Part shown: one piece after another, positions 50,179 to 62,800 of the stretch
How positions within the stretch are numbered: the first letter of the stretch is position 1
How the letters are laid out: the number at the start of each line of letters is the position of its first letter
NCBI GenBank assembly: GCA_013239625.1
Contig: MU053588.1
Location: 1,389,988 to 1,453,987, forward strand
Direction of reading: 5' to 3'
Length of the DNA stretch: 64,000 bases
Source of the DNA: Lama guanicoe
Lineage: Eukaryota
The notes under the pieces: model-generated
Told to the model about the DNA's origin: nothing
The model's database searches: none
The model's input: only the letters and a program-made list of their open reading frames with translations
Position numbers and translations under genes: made by a program

Positions 50179-53100
50179 ATTTGGGTTTCAAAAGTCCATA
50201 CCACCTAGAAGATAATGGTTAGAGAGTAATGGTTCCCAGAAAAGGAGGATGTACAAAGCACCCCAGGGGCATTTGGGGAAAGCTGTGGGTGCATTTTGGT
50301 GTCACAGTAATGGGATGCTATTTGGAAGCTGTGCCCAGGGCAGGGCCACCCCAGGGAGAACAAGCCTGGATTCCTCCTCCTAGTCAAAGTTCCGTGTGTT
50401 TCCATGTAGCAGGGAAGGCTGTATATCTGAGTCTAGAACCCAATTCCAGCTTGCATGTAAATGTAAAGTGTGTTAATAGACACGGATGCTCCAGGAATGC
50501 AGCTACTGGGTCAATCGGAAGATTGTCCTTGACTTTGTTGGCTCTTTGCTGCTTGTGCTGCAAGTGAGAAAACCCACAGAATCTCTTCATCACTCGGTGC
50601 CCACTGTGGGTCTTATGAAGCTTTAGGGATCCACAGAGAGGTCCAAACATATTGGAGGGGGGTCTATCAAATTCCCAGGGAAGATTTAAAAATCCAAACT
50701 CTGAATCAGGTCTGCATTTTGTAGCAAATTCGCAAGGGATGCTGATCTCTGCCCTCCGTGGACTGCACTTTGAGTAGCTGAATCTTATTAAGATCAAGCC
50801 CGAGCATCATTTGCATTTTCAAATGCATATTCTTTTAATTATAAATTTCTCTCTTTTATTTCACCTCTATACTATACATATGTGTTGGGGGCATTTTATT
50901 AACATTTAAATAATTCTCATTGGTGGTAGGTTTCATGATCTAATATTTCATTTCAAAATGGTAAAGGCTCCATGAGAATTAATTACTATATATATTTTTG
51001 AGGGGGTTGGCTCTGACAGAGTGAGGCAACAAGGATGGCCACAGATGTGTTGTGTGGATGCAGGTGCATCTCTCTGCCAGAGATGTAGTTGGGAAATTGG
51101 GGGGAAATCCTAGTCCAGTTGGCAGAAAGAAAATTCATGAACCTTGGAGCACTGGAAGGCATCCGGCACAAATAATTGCAGGGATGTAGCTGGAGCCTCC
51201 TCCTTGTGGATCGGATTCCACTGTGTGGGGAGACTGCTGCCCTCCTCAAACTTCATTTTCTCATTTTGTAAAATGGGATGGGAGCAAGGCCCAAGTCAAG
51301 AGGGAGTTGAGAGGAGCTGATGAAATAGTGCTCCTAAAAGAATCAGCAAAGTGCCTGAACTGGGACACGGCACTGTTATTACTGTTACTGCCATTATCAT
51401 CATGTTTCCTGGGTGGAAGGGCTCAGGAAAGGTTGTCCATCATCCACCAGGAATCTCCGTAGCCTTCATCCTCTGTATCTCATGCCAGAGACAGAGTCCC
51501 CAGCAGAAACTGACTTCCCTAGGGCAATGACAATCGCATCCCCACTGACCCCAGCCCCTCCAGAGGCGGCACAGTGCCGGTGTTCATCTGATCTGGAGTC
51601 AGACCCGCCCAGCACTGCCCTTCCTGAGCTGGGCAAGTCATATGTCTTCTATCAGAAGCTCAATTTCTTCCTGAACTAAATGTGGATCATCACCTTTGTT
51701 CCCAGAGGTGGACATTTCCTGACATGGCCCATAACTGCATCAGTTATGCTAGCCTGGAAGTTAGCCCGGGAGCCCCAGGGCTAATTCTTGCTTAATTTGT
51801 TTGCATTGCTCAGACCCAGCTGCCCCAGAGCTCACCTGACGGCCAACGCGGAGGTGTCAGTGGAGGTGGCTGGGTTACCAAACTGTCCTGGGTCCTCCTG
51901 ATGTCGCTGAGCCCTGGGGGTGGGGCGGGTGGGTGTGCAGTGCCTAGGTTCCACCAGACGTGGGAACTGGGGCCCTAGCTGTCTGGGGAGGCTATCACCT
52001 GGAGAAGGCAGGCTTTCCCAGGGCTGGGACAACTGTTGGTGGCAGAATGCTTTGGAGCTTACAAACTCACAAGTAGTGGGGTTGCATTGGTGGCAGGAGA
52101 TGTGTCTATGGGCAGTTGGTGCTCCCAGAGTGAGCCAGGGACCAGGAAGGGGTCCCAGCTCCAGGTCCTGGCTACTGGAATGAGTGTCTCAGCCTGGCTC
52201 TGCTCAGGCAGGAGGTCCTCAGGAAGCTGGAGATCAAATGGGAGTGGGACGGGAAGGGCTGGGGAGGAAGAGGGTGGATACACAGAAGATGTAGAGTGAG
52301 CGAGACAGGTAGTGATGGTAGGTATTGGGGTCACTAAGGCAGGATGGATTGCTGAGGAGGGGGCAGAGGGCTCTCCAGGTAGGATGGAATTCTTGGGGTA
52401 ATGGGATGGAGCTGGGGGATTGGGGTCACCAAGACGGAAATGGAATGATGGAGGATGGAGATGCTGGGGTCTCTGAGGGCAGGGTGGAATAATGGGAATG
52501 CCATCGTCAAAGGCAACTTCCCACAGTGAGCTCCCCCGACCCCATTCCCAAACCTCCTGCACTGAGCACTCCATCGCTCAGCTTCCTCATCTGTGCTATG
52601 GGGCCGGTGATCACAGTGGCCACCACATGTAGGAATGTCATCAGGCTCCCATGAGTTAATCTATGCAAAGTACTTAGCACCCAGTGAGGCTCAGAGGGCA
52701 CCTGCCTGTTGGTACTGATGATGTTTTTTGTTTTCTCTGCAGCATCTGGAAAACCATCCATGTGAAGGCCTCCCTGCCATCCTGCCTCCCTCCCTGTCAG
52801 GCTGCTGGATCCCCCTCCAACCCCCATCCTCCCAGCCCCACCTGCTGTCCCTCAAGGAAAATGATCCACTCTGGAACCTTCCCCTTCCCCTCTCTGCTCT
52901 CCACCATTGCCGGACCACGCTCTCCCTTCCTCTCTGCTGGTCCTGCTGCCGCCCACTCCTCTTTTCCTCCCTGGGAGTCCAGGGGAACTCAAAGTTTCCC
53001 AGTGAAGCCCCCAAGCAAGACGGCCTGTCCTACCCAGGTACGTATCTTCCACCCTCCCTGGGCTTTTCCCAGCAATTCAGTTCAGTCACCTGGGGGCTCA

Positions 53101-54856
53101 GGAACCCCACACGAATGACTGTGGGACCCTAATAGTGGCTTGTTCTTCCTGAGCCTCAGGTGTCCGCCTCTGTTAAATGGGGATTATCAGCAGTGGTGAA
53201 TGTGGCTGTGTGGGAAATGACTCTGGTACCCAGCCTATAGTTAGCGCTCTCCTGAGGGGGCTGCTGTTGTCCTCACTTGTTCTGTGATTGCTCCTTGTGT
53301 TCCCACAAAGTTGCCTCCTGGTCCTCAATCTTGGGGTGCTGGTGCATGGAGGTAGTAAGACCTTGGACTCTGGATCCCCTGCACCCAGACTTCCTGGGTT
53401 TTAATTCCAAGTTTGCAGCTTACCTGCTGTGTGACCTTGGGCAAATGACTAAACCTCTCTGGCCTCAGCCTCCTCATCTGGTCAAAAGGGTCATATTAGT
53501 GAGACCTGTGAGGCGTCAATAAGATATCTGTGAAGTGGCAAAACGGAAATGTACTAAATGTTTCAGCAGGGGTTAAGGGAGCTCTATATGTTATACCTAC
53601 AACTTTTCTTTAAGTTTCAGATTATGTCAAAATAAAAATAATATATGGAATAGAAGAGGACTTATGGGAATATGGGTAAAAGCCTAGCTACAAGTTGATA
53701 GCTGCTTCTTGGTAATAGATACATGGAGGTTACAATACTCTGCATTTGTGTATGTCTAGAATTTTCCATAACAAAATAAAATACCCTGTCAGGCAAGATG
53801 CCTTCTAAATGTGGTTATTTCTGGAAAGGAAGGGAGATTGCATTGGTATATGCTTCATATTTGTCTATAGCATTGTATTTCTACAAACATACATGTAAAA
53901 AATGAGAAACTCAGATAAGCAAAATCAGGAAGTACAAAAATCACCACTATCCACCGATCAGTTTTGCAATAACCCTGTAACCCTTTAGTTCATATTCTTA
54001 TTTTTCTGAATACATATATCAAGAAGGTAATTGAGAATATGAAGGATATATATAAAAATATATATTGATTGGTCATATATATATATACAATCACCTACAT
54101 ATATGCACAATATAACAATATAACACACAGGAATACATATGTGTCAAAATTAACTTATGTGGTGGCTTTTCTCTCAGGCAATGGTCCCCACATTTTGTTT
54201 CCTGTAAATGTCTTTCATCACATACTCCTCATATCCAAATTCCTCCAGTTGGCCCAAAAATAATCCTTCAGAGTTGAATTGTCCAAACCAGTATCTACTC
54301 CAGGACCACACAGATGTGGTCAAGACTTTTAAATCTGTTTCAACTGTCACAGTCCCTTTTGGATGATCCTGGCAGAGAATCTCCCCCTCAGGGTGCGTCT
54401 GCAAGGTAAGGGGTGCAGTTCAGGGTGGGGACCTCACAGCACACCTCATTTGCATCATATTAGGAGACCTGGAGCTTCTTAGGGATCCAGCAGCAGTGAG
54501 GTCATGGCCCCTGGGCTGGGGTGGGGACAGCCTGTTAGTGCCTGATTCTCTCTCACCTTCAGGACTAGAAACTCACAATGCGGTGTAGCTGTGACACTGT
54601 ACCCACACCTGCCACCTGCCTAATGCTTTTAACCCTGATTGATAACCTTTGCTGAGATGCTTTCCTTAGGGGTTGGGAAATAGGGGTCTAACTCTTCCAC
54701 TCTTTCCACTGGAGAACATCTTCTATTGGTGTTTTCTTTTGTAGAGTTTCCCCTCTTCAACTGGGACACTCCTTACTCTGAACCAAGTATTCATCAAGGC
54801 AGTAACATTGTGTGTCTATTAAAAAGATCTGAATCTTTAAGCAAAATAACAATACA

Positions 54857-54862
54857 TTTATT
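54857..54862 (-). terminator. Candidate polyA signal, FBXO27-like copy B
   Basis: Same motif at the paralogous position. Confidence 0.55.
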
Positions 54863-55494
54863 GCCTATGGTTGGCAGATATATTGCTGACTTATTCTCTC
54901 CATATTTCAAAAGAATTTCAAAATAACAAAAGAATTTTATACACCATACAATTCAGGGTACAGCTGGGCTCAGGGACCACTTCACTTTTCACAGAGTGGG
55001 CAGAAACATCTGTCTCTAAAAATATTTTGAGGTAGGTGACTTTCAGCTGTGAGTCCTGGTCCCGGTCTTGAAACCTCAGGAGGTTAAGTCCACCACCTAA
55101 GGGGGTGGGAATTCTCTCAGCCATAGGGACGAGGCTCCAGTCAGAGAGGAGGAGAAGGCTTCCCAGAAGGCAGCGATAAAGCCTGTTGAGCAGAAACAGA
55201 GGAGACAAGGGCAGAGGGGACTGGGGCTGAAACAGAAGGGCCTTGGGGGGAGGGTGAGGAGTCGTCTCCAGTTCCAGCATTTCCCTGTGCTCACCCGGGG
55301 GTCTCCACTCAGTGGAACAGGGGCTGCCTTAGAGAAACAGCAGCAGTTAAATCTGATGGAGGGACCCTTCTAGTAACTTCCAGAACCTGAAGACAGGCTC
55401 AGTAGCACCCTCAACTGGACCCAGGAGATCCCAGGATGCCAGGAAAGTACAAGCCCTTGATTGAATGAGATGGCCAACCTCCTGGAAGGCACGG

Positions 55495-58400
55495 TCAGCC
55501 ACAGAACCGAACAATCACACTGGAGCTGAATACAGAGATTCCACATTCATCAGGCCAGACCTCCAAGTTACAGGCCCAGTGTTCAAAAGACACAAAGCGG
55601 ACACCCGTCTTGAGGTTGGAGAACACATGGCTGACCTGTAGGCACAGAAAGAGGTAAGTCCCATTGTGCCATGGCCTTGTCCTCAAAACCCGAGGTTGGG
55701 GCCTTCTGGCAGGTGGAATTTTCCACAGATGGCTGCAACAGCACCTCCAGTGCCCCCTGTACTTCTAGAATCAGACCACTCCTCATCCAGAGGTGGCGTC
55801 TAATCCCCACTCCCCTTGAATCTGGGCGGGTTTGCTTGTAACCAAGAGTGTGGTAGACATGATGCTGAGTAACTTTCACCTAGTGACCTCCAAGGCTGGG
55901 TCAGAAAGGCAACGCAGCTTCTGCTGGTTTCTCCGGAACCCTCATGGGGGAGCCCTGAGCCCCCAGGAAGCAGTCTGACTGGCCTGAAGCTGCCATGCTG
56001 TGAGGAAGCCCAAACTAGGCCACGGACAGAGGTCCCACAGCCAAGCTCTGAGACTAAACCAGGAGATGCTGGCCACCCACCAGCTGCTGTGTGCACACTG
56101 CACCCACCCTGCCCCCAGCTCCAGCCAGTGTCTAAATGCAACTACGTGAGAGTTGGAGCCAGAAGCTCCCAGCAGAGCCCCACTCAGAAACCAGGAGAGG
56201 TGATAGAATCACTGCTGTTGGTATTAAGCCACTAAACCTGGAGGCAATGTTATGCAGCAATAGTTCATGACAAGCTCCAGCATCCTTTCTCCACTCCCCT
56301 GTCAGAGACTCACCTCAAAGAAGGAAGTGTGTCTCCCGTTCCAGATGGGAAAAAGCATAGTAGAAAACTGATCCAGAATGGCCTGGTTGGCATCTAGAAG
56401 TTGGATACTTAGATCATAGGTACAGCTGTTGCCCCATCGTCGACCTATCAGCCTGCGGGAGAAGGGCGACCTTGAAGGCTGGACCTGCTGCCCCATCTCT
56501 TTGGATGTTTGCCTCCTCCACCTGATTGGCCTCCCCATGTATACAAATCCAAAATGATACTGTGGTCCCCAGACTAGCGACATCAGTGTCATTTGGGAGC
56601 TTGGCTCCACTGCATACAAAATGAATCTGCATTAAACAAGCTTCCCTGCTGGTCTGCAGGTACAGTCTCTTCAAAAGTGATGACCTAGAGCAGTGCTCTT
56701 CACGGGACCTCCTCCCATATTACTTCTCTTTCTATGTTTCAGTGGTGGCAAACGATGTCACTTCCAACAAGTCCAATGTTGATGTTTCAAGATACATTTT
56801 TCTTATCAGTCCTCTAAAAGCATCCAGGGGAATCTAAATTGGTGATGGGATACCCAGCAACATTCAAAGAATATTCATTCAAGAACATTCAAAGAAACAC
56901 CCAGTCAACATTCATCGATGGTAAATGGATAAATTATAGAATATTCACATAATGAAATATTATACAGCCATGAAAGTAAATTAACTACAGCAACAATTAT
57001 GGATAAATTTACAAACATGTTATTGGGTAAAACAAGCCAGATACAAACTATCTACTGTACGGCTCCGTATATATTAAGGAAAATGGACAAAACTCATCTA
57101 TGGTAACAGAATTCAGATAGTCCTAGCCTTGGGTCCGTAGTGATGGGGAAAGGACATGATGGATGCTGAGGGCGGGCTTTGTGGACACATACTGTTCTGG
57201 ATGTAACATACATAATGGGCTGCAAATACACAAACAAATATCTTCTTTTACAGAGACTTCATATCACTCCACTTCTTAGTATTGGACGTCCACTCTACTT
57301 CTCCCACAGGACTTTGTCCTAATGTAATAGTTTACTCATATTCTGCCTTGACTTCAGTTTTCTCTGCCAACAACACCACACACACAAAAAAATTTTCCCA
57401 AGACCATAAAACTCAAATGTTAAAACTTTTGGATTGAATTATAACCTACTAGTGGTTCCCAGAGATTGCTGCAGATTGGAATAATCAGGAATCTTGAAAA
57501 TATTTAGGAAAGGATTTAGCCTTGTCCAAAGGTATGGTCTTTGTCCTCCTCGCTTCTTGAAGGTAATCTCTGGACCCTTGGAATGTTTTGCTGACAGGAG
57601 TATCTTTGCCTGGGGACTTTGGGTCATACTGAGGAGCATGCCAATGTGATTTGGTGGCGGCTGGCTACACTGACACAGATGATCTTACAATAGGGGCTAG
57701 CTACTCCAGGAAGACCAGTATGACTTGCTTCCCAGTGACCTTCCCCTTGGATAATTTTCATCTACCTTTTCCCTGTAATAAACTACATGTATACTAGTTT
57801 TCCGTGAGTTCTATGTCTTTCTAGTCAATTACTTACTGCGCCTGAGGGTGGTTGCAGGAGCCCCCCACGTTGGCCATTGGAAGGTGGTCTTGGGATTGTG
57901 CCCTCCGATTTTGTAGTTGGCTGCAAAATTCTGAAAGATGTTGGTGGCTGGCTCTCTCACCCCAGATTTAATGGATGTGGAATGTGACCCAGGCATTGGG
58001 AGTTTTAAATGGCCCTGGGTGATAAATGGTAAAATTTGGGAATCACTATTACAAAAGACACACCATTGCTCAAAGCAACACAAACATGCTATAATTCTTT
58101 GCTAAAAGGATTGAGTTAAAAACAAGTTGATTGTAAATACATCTGCTAATGAGATGGGCTTTCAGAGAGAGGAGGTTTATGATGTCTTTCTTGATTGAAA
58201 GTGAATTTGGTAAGGCCAAAATTTCACACGGTCGATTAGCCAGTGACACCAGTACTCTTTACAGCCTGTATGCATAGCGAGGGGCTTTATTTCTGTAAAA
58301 CTGGAGGAGGACTGTGACATAGGAATTGGGAAAGCATAACCATTTCATTTTCCCAACAAAGACAGAATCAGTAGATGATCAGTTTATAACAGGGAACATA

Positions 58401-59883
58401 AAACTGTGGAAGAATTGGAATTTGCCTCCCTTAAAATCATCTGGGTCATGTATCCCTTGGAGGGTCATCAAAGGGCCCCAGTTTCAAGACCATCCCTTCA
58501 GACCACAAGCCCTGGAGTCAGACAGCTATGAGCCTGATGCCAGGTCCTGCCAAGCCCTAGCTGTGCCACCAGGGAAAGTCGCCTCGCCTTCCTGAGCTTG
58601 ACAATTCGAGGTCTTCAAAGACACTTTCCCACAGGATCATGGATCATGAGGGTTTCCTAAAACAGTCACACTTCAAAGCACTGGCTGTGTGCTTGTCATG
58701 TAACCCTGTCTTATGAAGACAGGGAAACTGAGGCACACTGACTTGCCCAGGACCACAAAGCTGCAAAGCTGGGGTGTGAACCTGGGAGTTCCGGCTCCAG
58801 AATCTGAATGCTTACCCCATGATCCGGTATTGCCTCCTCCTAAAGCAGGGAGCATCCACAGACAAGTCTAAGTTAGGCCCAAGTGCTCTGCATTGGACCC
58901 CATCTGACATCTTCCAATGCAGTTCCCTCTGGGGGCTAGGAGAGGGGTTCAGGGAGTGCACTCTGCTAATTCCTAAAGCTCTGATGGTGGTTAAGTCATT
59001 TCCTGACCTGCTTTATCCTAAGGGGTTGTTAGGAGGCCTGAAAGGAGTCACCTGTGAAAGGGCAGGGCTCAGCACAAGGGCTGTTTTTGTCATCACACTC
59101 ACCAGTCATAGACAAAAATCTCAACCTTGCCACTATCCAGGAGTTCAGGCCACAGACCCTCCTCCTCCAGGTCCAACGCTTTCTTCCGGTAACAATACCT
59201 AAGAAAGATGGAGAGAGGTGGAATGAGAACAGGCAAGGATTCACAACGCCCTGGCTCTTGGGGAGTAGGGGCATTCCCTGTAGGAGGGCACAAAGGTGCT
59301 CAAAAAAGGGAACACATTCGTGAGCCCGGCTTTATCCTGCAGAGACCAGCCATCCTGAACGCCCGGTACGGTCCATTTCCGGAAGCCTTCTGTTAAATAA
59401 AAAAGGTTTATGTCCGAGCTCCCCGCAATCCTGCCAGAGCAGGAATAAGTCTCATGGGTGTCCCGTGCAGCCCCGCCCCTCCAGCCTCTCCCGCCGGCTC
59501 CCGTGAGGGACCCCTTTCCCTGGCTCCCCACTTTTGCTCTTGGGATTTCGGAGGAGATTGCGTCCGATGGGTCCGCGCGCGCAGAAGCGGCCCAGGAGGC
59601 AGGCACTGGCGGCGTCGGCGCGCGGCAGGCAGCTGCGGACGACCGGCCACAGGGCGCGGTGGTCCCGGGCCAGGATCTTCAGCCACAGGCCCGGGGCGTC
59701 CACCAGGGCGCGCCAGCGCCGGCACACCTGGCGGCAGCGGCCGAGCAGCGTGCGCGGGGGCAGGAGGCTCAGCACCGCCAGGAGCAGCTCCGGGGGCAGC
59801 TGGCTCAGGCCCAGCGCCTCCTCCGGTTCCGGCTCTGGCGCGGGGACCCCGACGGGATGGCCCGTGAAGGCCGAGGCGTCCAT
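55495..59883 (-). CDS. FBXO27: FBXO27-like paralog copy B (279 codons, frame intact, intron after exon 3 begins GG instead of GT)
   Basis: join(59883-59532, 59389-59278, 59198-59103, 56452-56314, 55635-55495) = 840 nt; MDASAFTGHPVGVPAPEPEPEEAL...SSVIVRFCG*; may be a pseudogene because of the donor defect. Confidence 0.8.
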
Positions 59884-62800
59884 GTTCTCTTCACCAGCCC
59901 CTGCTGCCAGTGGGAGAGATTCAGAGTCCAGGCGTCAGGGACCTGCAGCCACAGCCAGTCCCGCCCTTGCCGTTCACTCCCCAAGACTGTCAGCCTTAAC
60001 GCCGCCAGCTGCCTCCCCATCCTCACCACTCCCAGCCCGGTCCTCAAGTCCCTAAAGTCCCCAGATTCCCATCCCATCCTTGTCGGCGGACTATCTCAGC
60101 CCCTCTCCGCCACGCGCACCACCGCAGGCAGCAGCCAACCCCCTCTGTGGCCTCGCGGACCCCCGAGTCCTAACCCTGCATCTCAGCCAGATCTCCTCAT
60201 TGGTGGGCCTTCACTTTGCCTCACTTGCTCCCATGACCTCCGCAGCCCTTTTTATTTGCCTGCCCCTCCCTTCTTACTGTCCTGCCATCCAATCCCCCAC
60301 CCTGCCCAGACTGCCAAGCCAGCCCCTCCCAGACCCATCCTCCTATTCCCCAGACACCCCTTCCTTCAGGCTGTATTTGGCCTACAGGGTAAATCTAACC
60401 GCATAGACTAAGGTGGAGGTGAGGATGGCCAGATTCCAGGGATGGCCAGGTTCCAGAGTTGACCCTTCTTACTCCCCACCAGTAGTGCCTTGGAGTGTCC
60501 CTAACTCAGCTGTAAGGCTCTTGGTGCTGAACAACTACTGTTACCTTGGTCAGGTATCCGGGCAGGAGGCCTCATATCCGTCAATGCCTGTAAAAATTGC
60601 CGTCACCTTTAAGGGACGGGCATCACTCCCTGAGATCACTTCAAAGGAGAAAACAGGCTCCAGCAGGAACCAAATGCATTTCTATTTGATTCTCTGATTG
60701 AGTGCTCTGACCAGTGATAACCCCAGCCAGCCTTCAGCGAGCATTTATTCTACCAGTGAGGGTAGCAACATCCTGTAGTAGATAATGGTATGTGCCCACT
60801 TCACAGGTGAGAAAACTGAAGCCAAGTGACCTACCCAAGATCACACAGCTAGTAGCTGACAGAGCTGGGATTCAGACCTAGCCAGGCTGCCTCTAAAATC
60901 CTTGCTTTTAACCTCTATACCAACTCTACCCAATAAAAGTAAAATGTGAGCTATACATACAATTTTAAGTATCAGGAAGTAAAACCAGACATGGATTCCT
61001 GCCCACATGTAACTTACCTTCTAGGGGAGAGACATGGTAAATAGGAGGCAGAGAAAACCAATCATATGCTGTTGGAGAAATCATTAAAAGTAAAATCTCC
61101 TGCCAACACCCTCTCCCCAGAATCCTCTCCACAAACATAGAAAAGATGAAACAGTTTTATTATTGAAGTGTTGAATCTGACTGTAATGCACACGGTCATG
61201 GTGAGCAGTAGACGTCACATGTAAATTATGTCCTGTGTTGAAAGGGAATCAGTGCTGTGGAAAAGTGGAGCAGGGAAGGGAATGGGGGGTAAGCAGTCTG
61301 GGTCGGGAGACCCTGAATTCTGAGAGATGAATTGACAATTATATGGGCCTAATTTTTTTTTCAATACATGGATTTTCAAGAAAATGTTTACTATTGAGGT
61401 TCTCAACCAGATCCCAAAGTAGAACAGGGTAAGAGCACTGGCTCCAACAGTTCACTCCAGACCAATCTACCTTCATGTCTACTCCCCTGTATTTGCTCCC
61501 CCAGGGAATTTGAAACAAATCTCAGAAATCACACCATTCTGTCCACAGCAATACTTTATTTTTAACGTAATGTGTAAGCTGTGGGAATCTGTTTGATAAT
61601 GAGACTATGGAAATTGACTATGACCCAACTATGAGTTCAAAAATAGTTTAAAAAACCTCAAGTAGGATAAAAGGGCAGATACTGACAAGTGATTTTCCTT
61701 TCCATTCTTCAATTTCCTTCTCAGAGACAATCTCTGTTAATTCTTGGGATTATATCCAAAGCTGTACTCTGATTAAAAAGAAAAACAAATATAATTGGAT
61801 TTCAAAAGGGCTTACCACCTAGCAGATAACAATTAGAGGATAATAGCTCCCAGGAGAGGAGGGTGTACAAAGCACCCCAGGAACCTTTGGGGAAAGTTGT
61901 GAGTGCATTTTGGTGTCACAGTAATGGGATGCTATTTGGAAGCCATGCCCAGGACAGGGCCACTGGACGGAGAATGTTCCTGGATTCCTCCCCCTAGTCA
62001 AAGTTCCGTATGTTTCCATGAAGGAGGAAAGCCTGTGAATCTGAGTCTAGAACCCAATTCCAGCTTGCATGTAAATGTAAAGTGTGTTAATAGACACGGA
62101 TGCTCCAGGAATGCAGCTACTGGATCAATCGGAAGATTGTCTTTGACTTTGTCGGCACTTTGCTGCTTGTGCCGTAGGTGAGAAAAACCACAGGATCTCT
62201 TCATCACAGTGGTGCCCACTGTGGGTCTTATGAAGCTTTAGGGATCCACAGAGAGGTCCGAACATCCTGGGGCTCTATCATATTCCCAGGGGAGATTTAA
62301 AAATCCAAACTCTGAATCAGGTCTGCATTTGTAACAAATTCACAAGAGATGCTGATGGCTACACTCTGTGGACCACACTTTGGGTAGCTGAATCTTATTG
62401 GAATCAAGCCCAAGCATCATTTCCATATTGAAATATGTATTCTTTTAATTATAAATTTCTCTCCTTTTCCCTCACGTTTACACTATATATGTATGAGGGG
62501 CATTTTATTAACATTTAAAGAATCTCAGTTGAGGCAGTTTCACTATCTAAGTATTTCATTTCAAGATAGTAAAGGCTGCACGAGACATTATTTACTACCT
62601 ACGGTGGTAGGGGTTGGTTGGCTCTGACAGAGAAGCAACCAGTATGGCCAGGTGAGTGGGGACGCAGGTGCATCTCACTGCTGGAGGTGTGGTTGGGAAG
62701 TTGGGGGAAAAACCCTGCCAGTCTGGTTCGCAGAAGTGGAAAATTCCTGAATCTCAGGGCACTGGGAGGCAGGCTGCATCAATAGTTCCAATGACATTAG

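Larger units (their letters stand above)
43210..51165 (+). repeat. Tandem segmental duplication unit A
   Basis: Collinear with 53890-62770 (offset about 10.7-11.8 kb); mosaic of near-identical and visibly diverged blocks. Confidence 0.9.
53890..62770 (+). repeat. Tandem segmental duplication unit B
   Basis: Collinear with 43210-51165; has extra sequence at about 55984-56188 and about 56700-57730. Confidence 0.9.
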
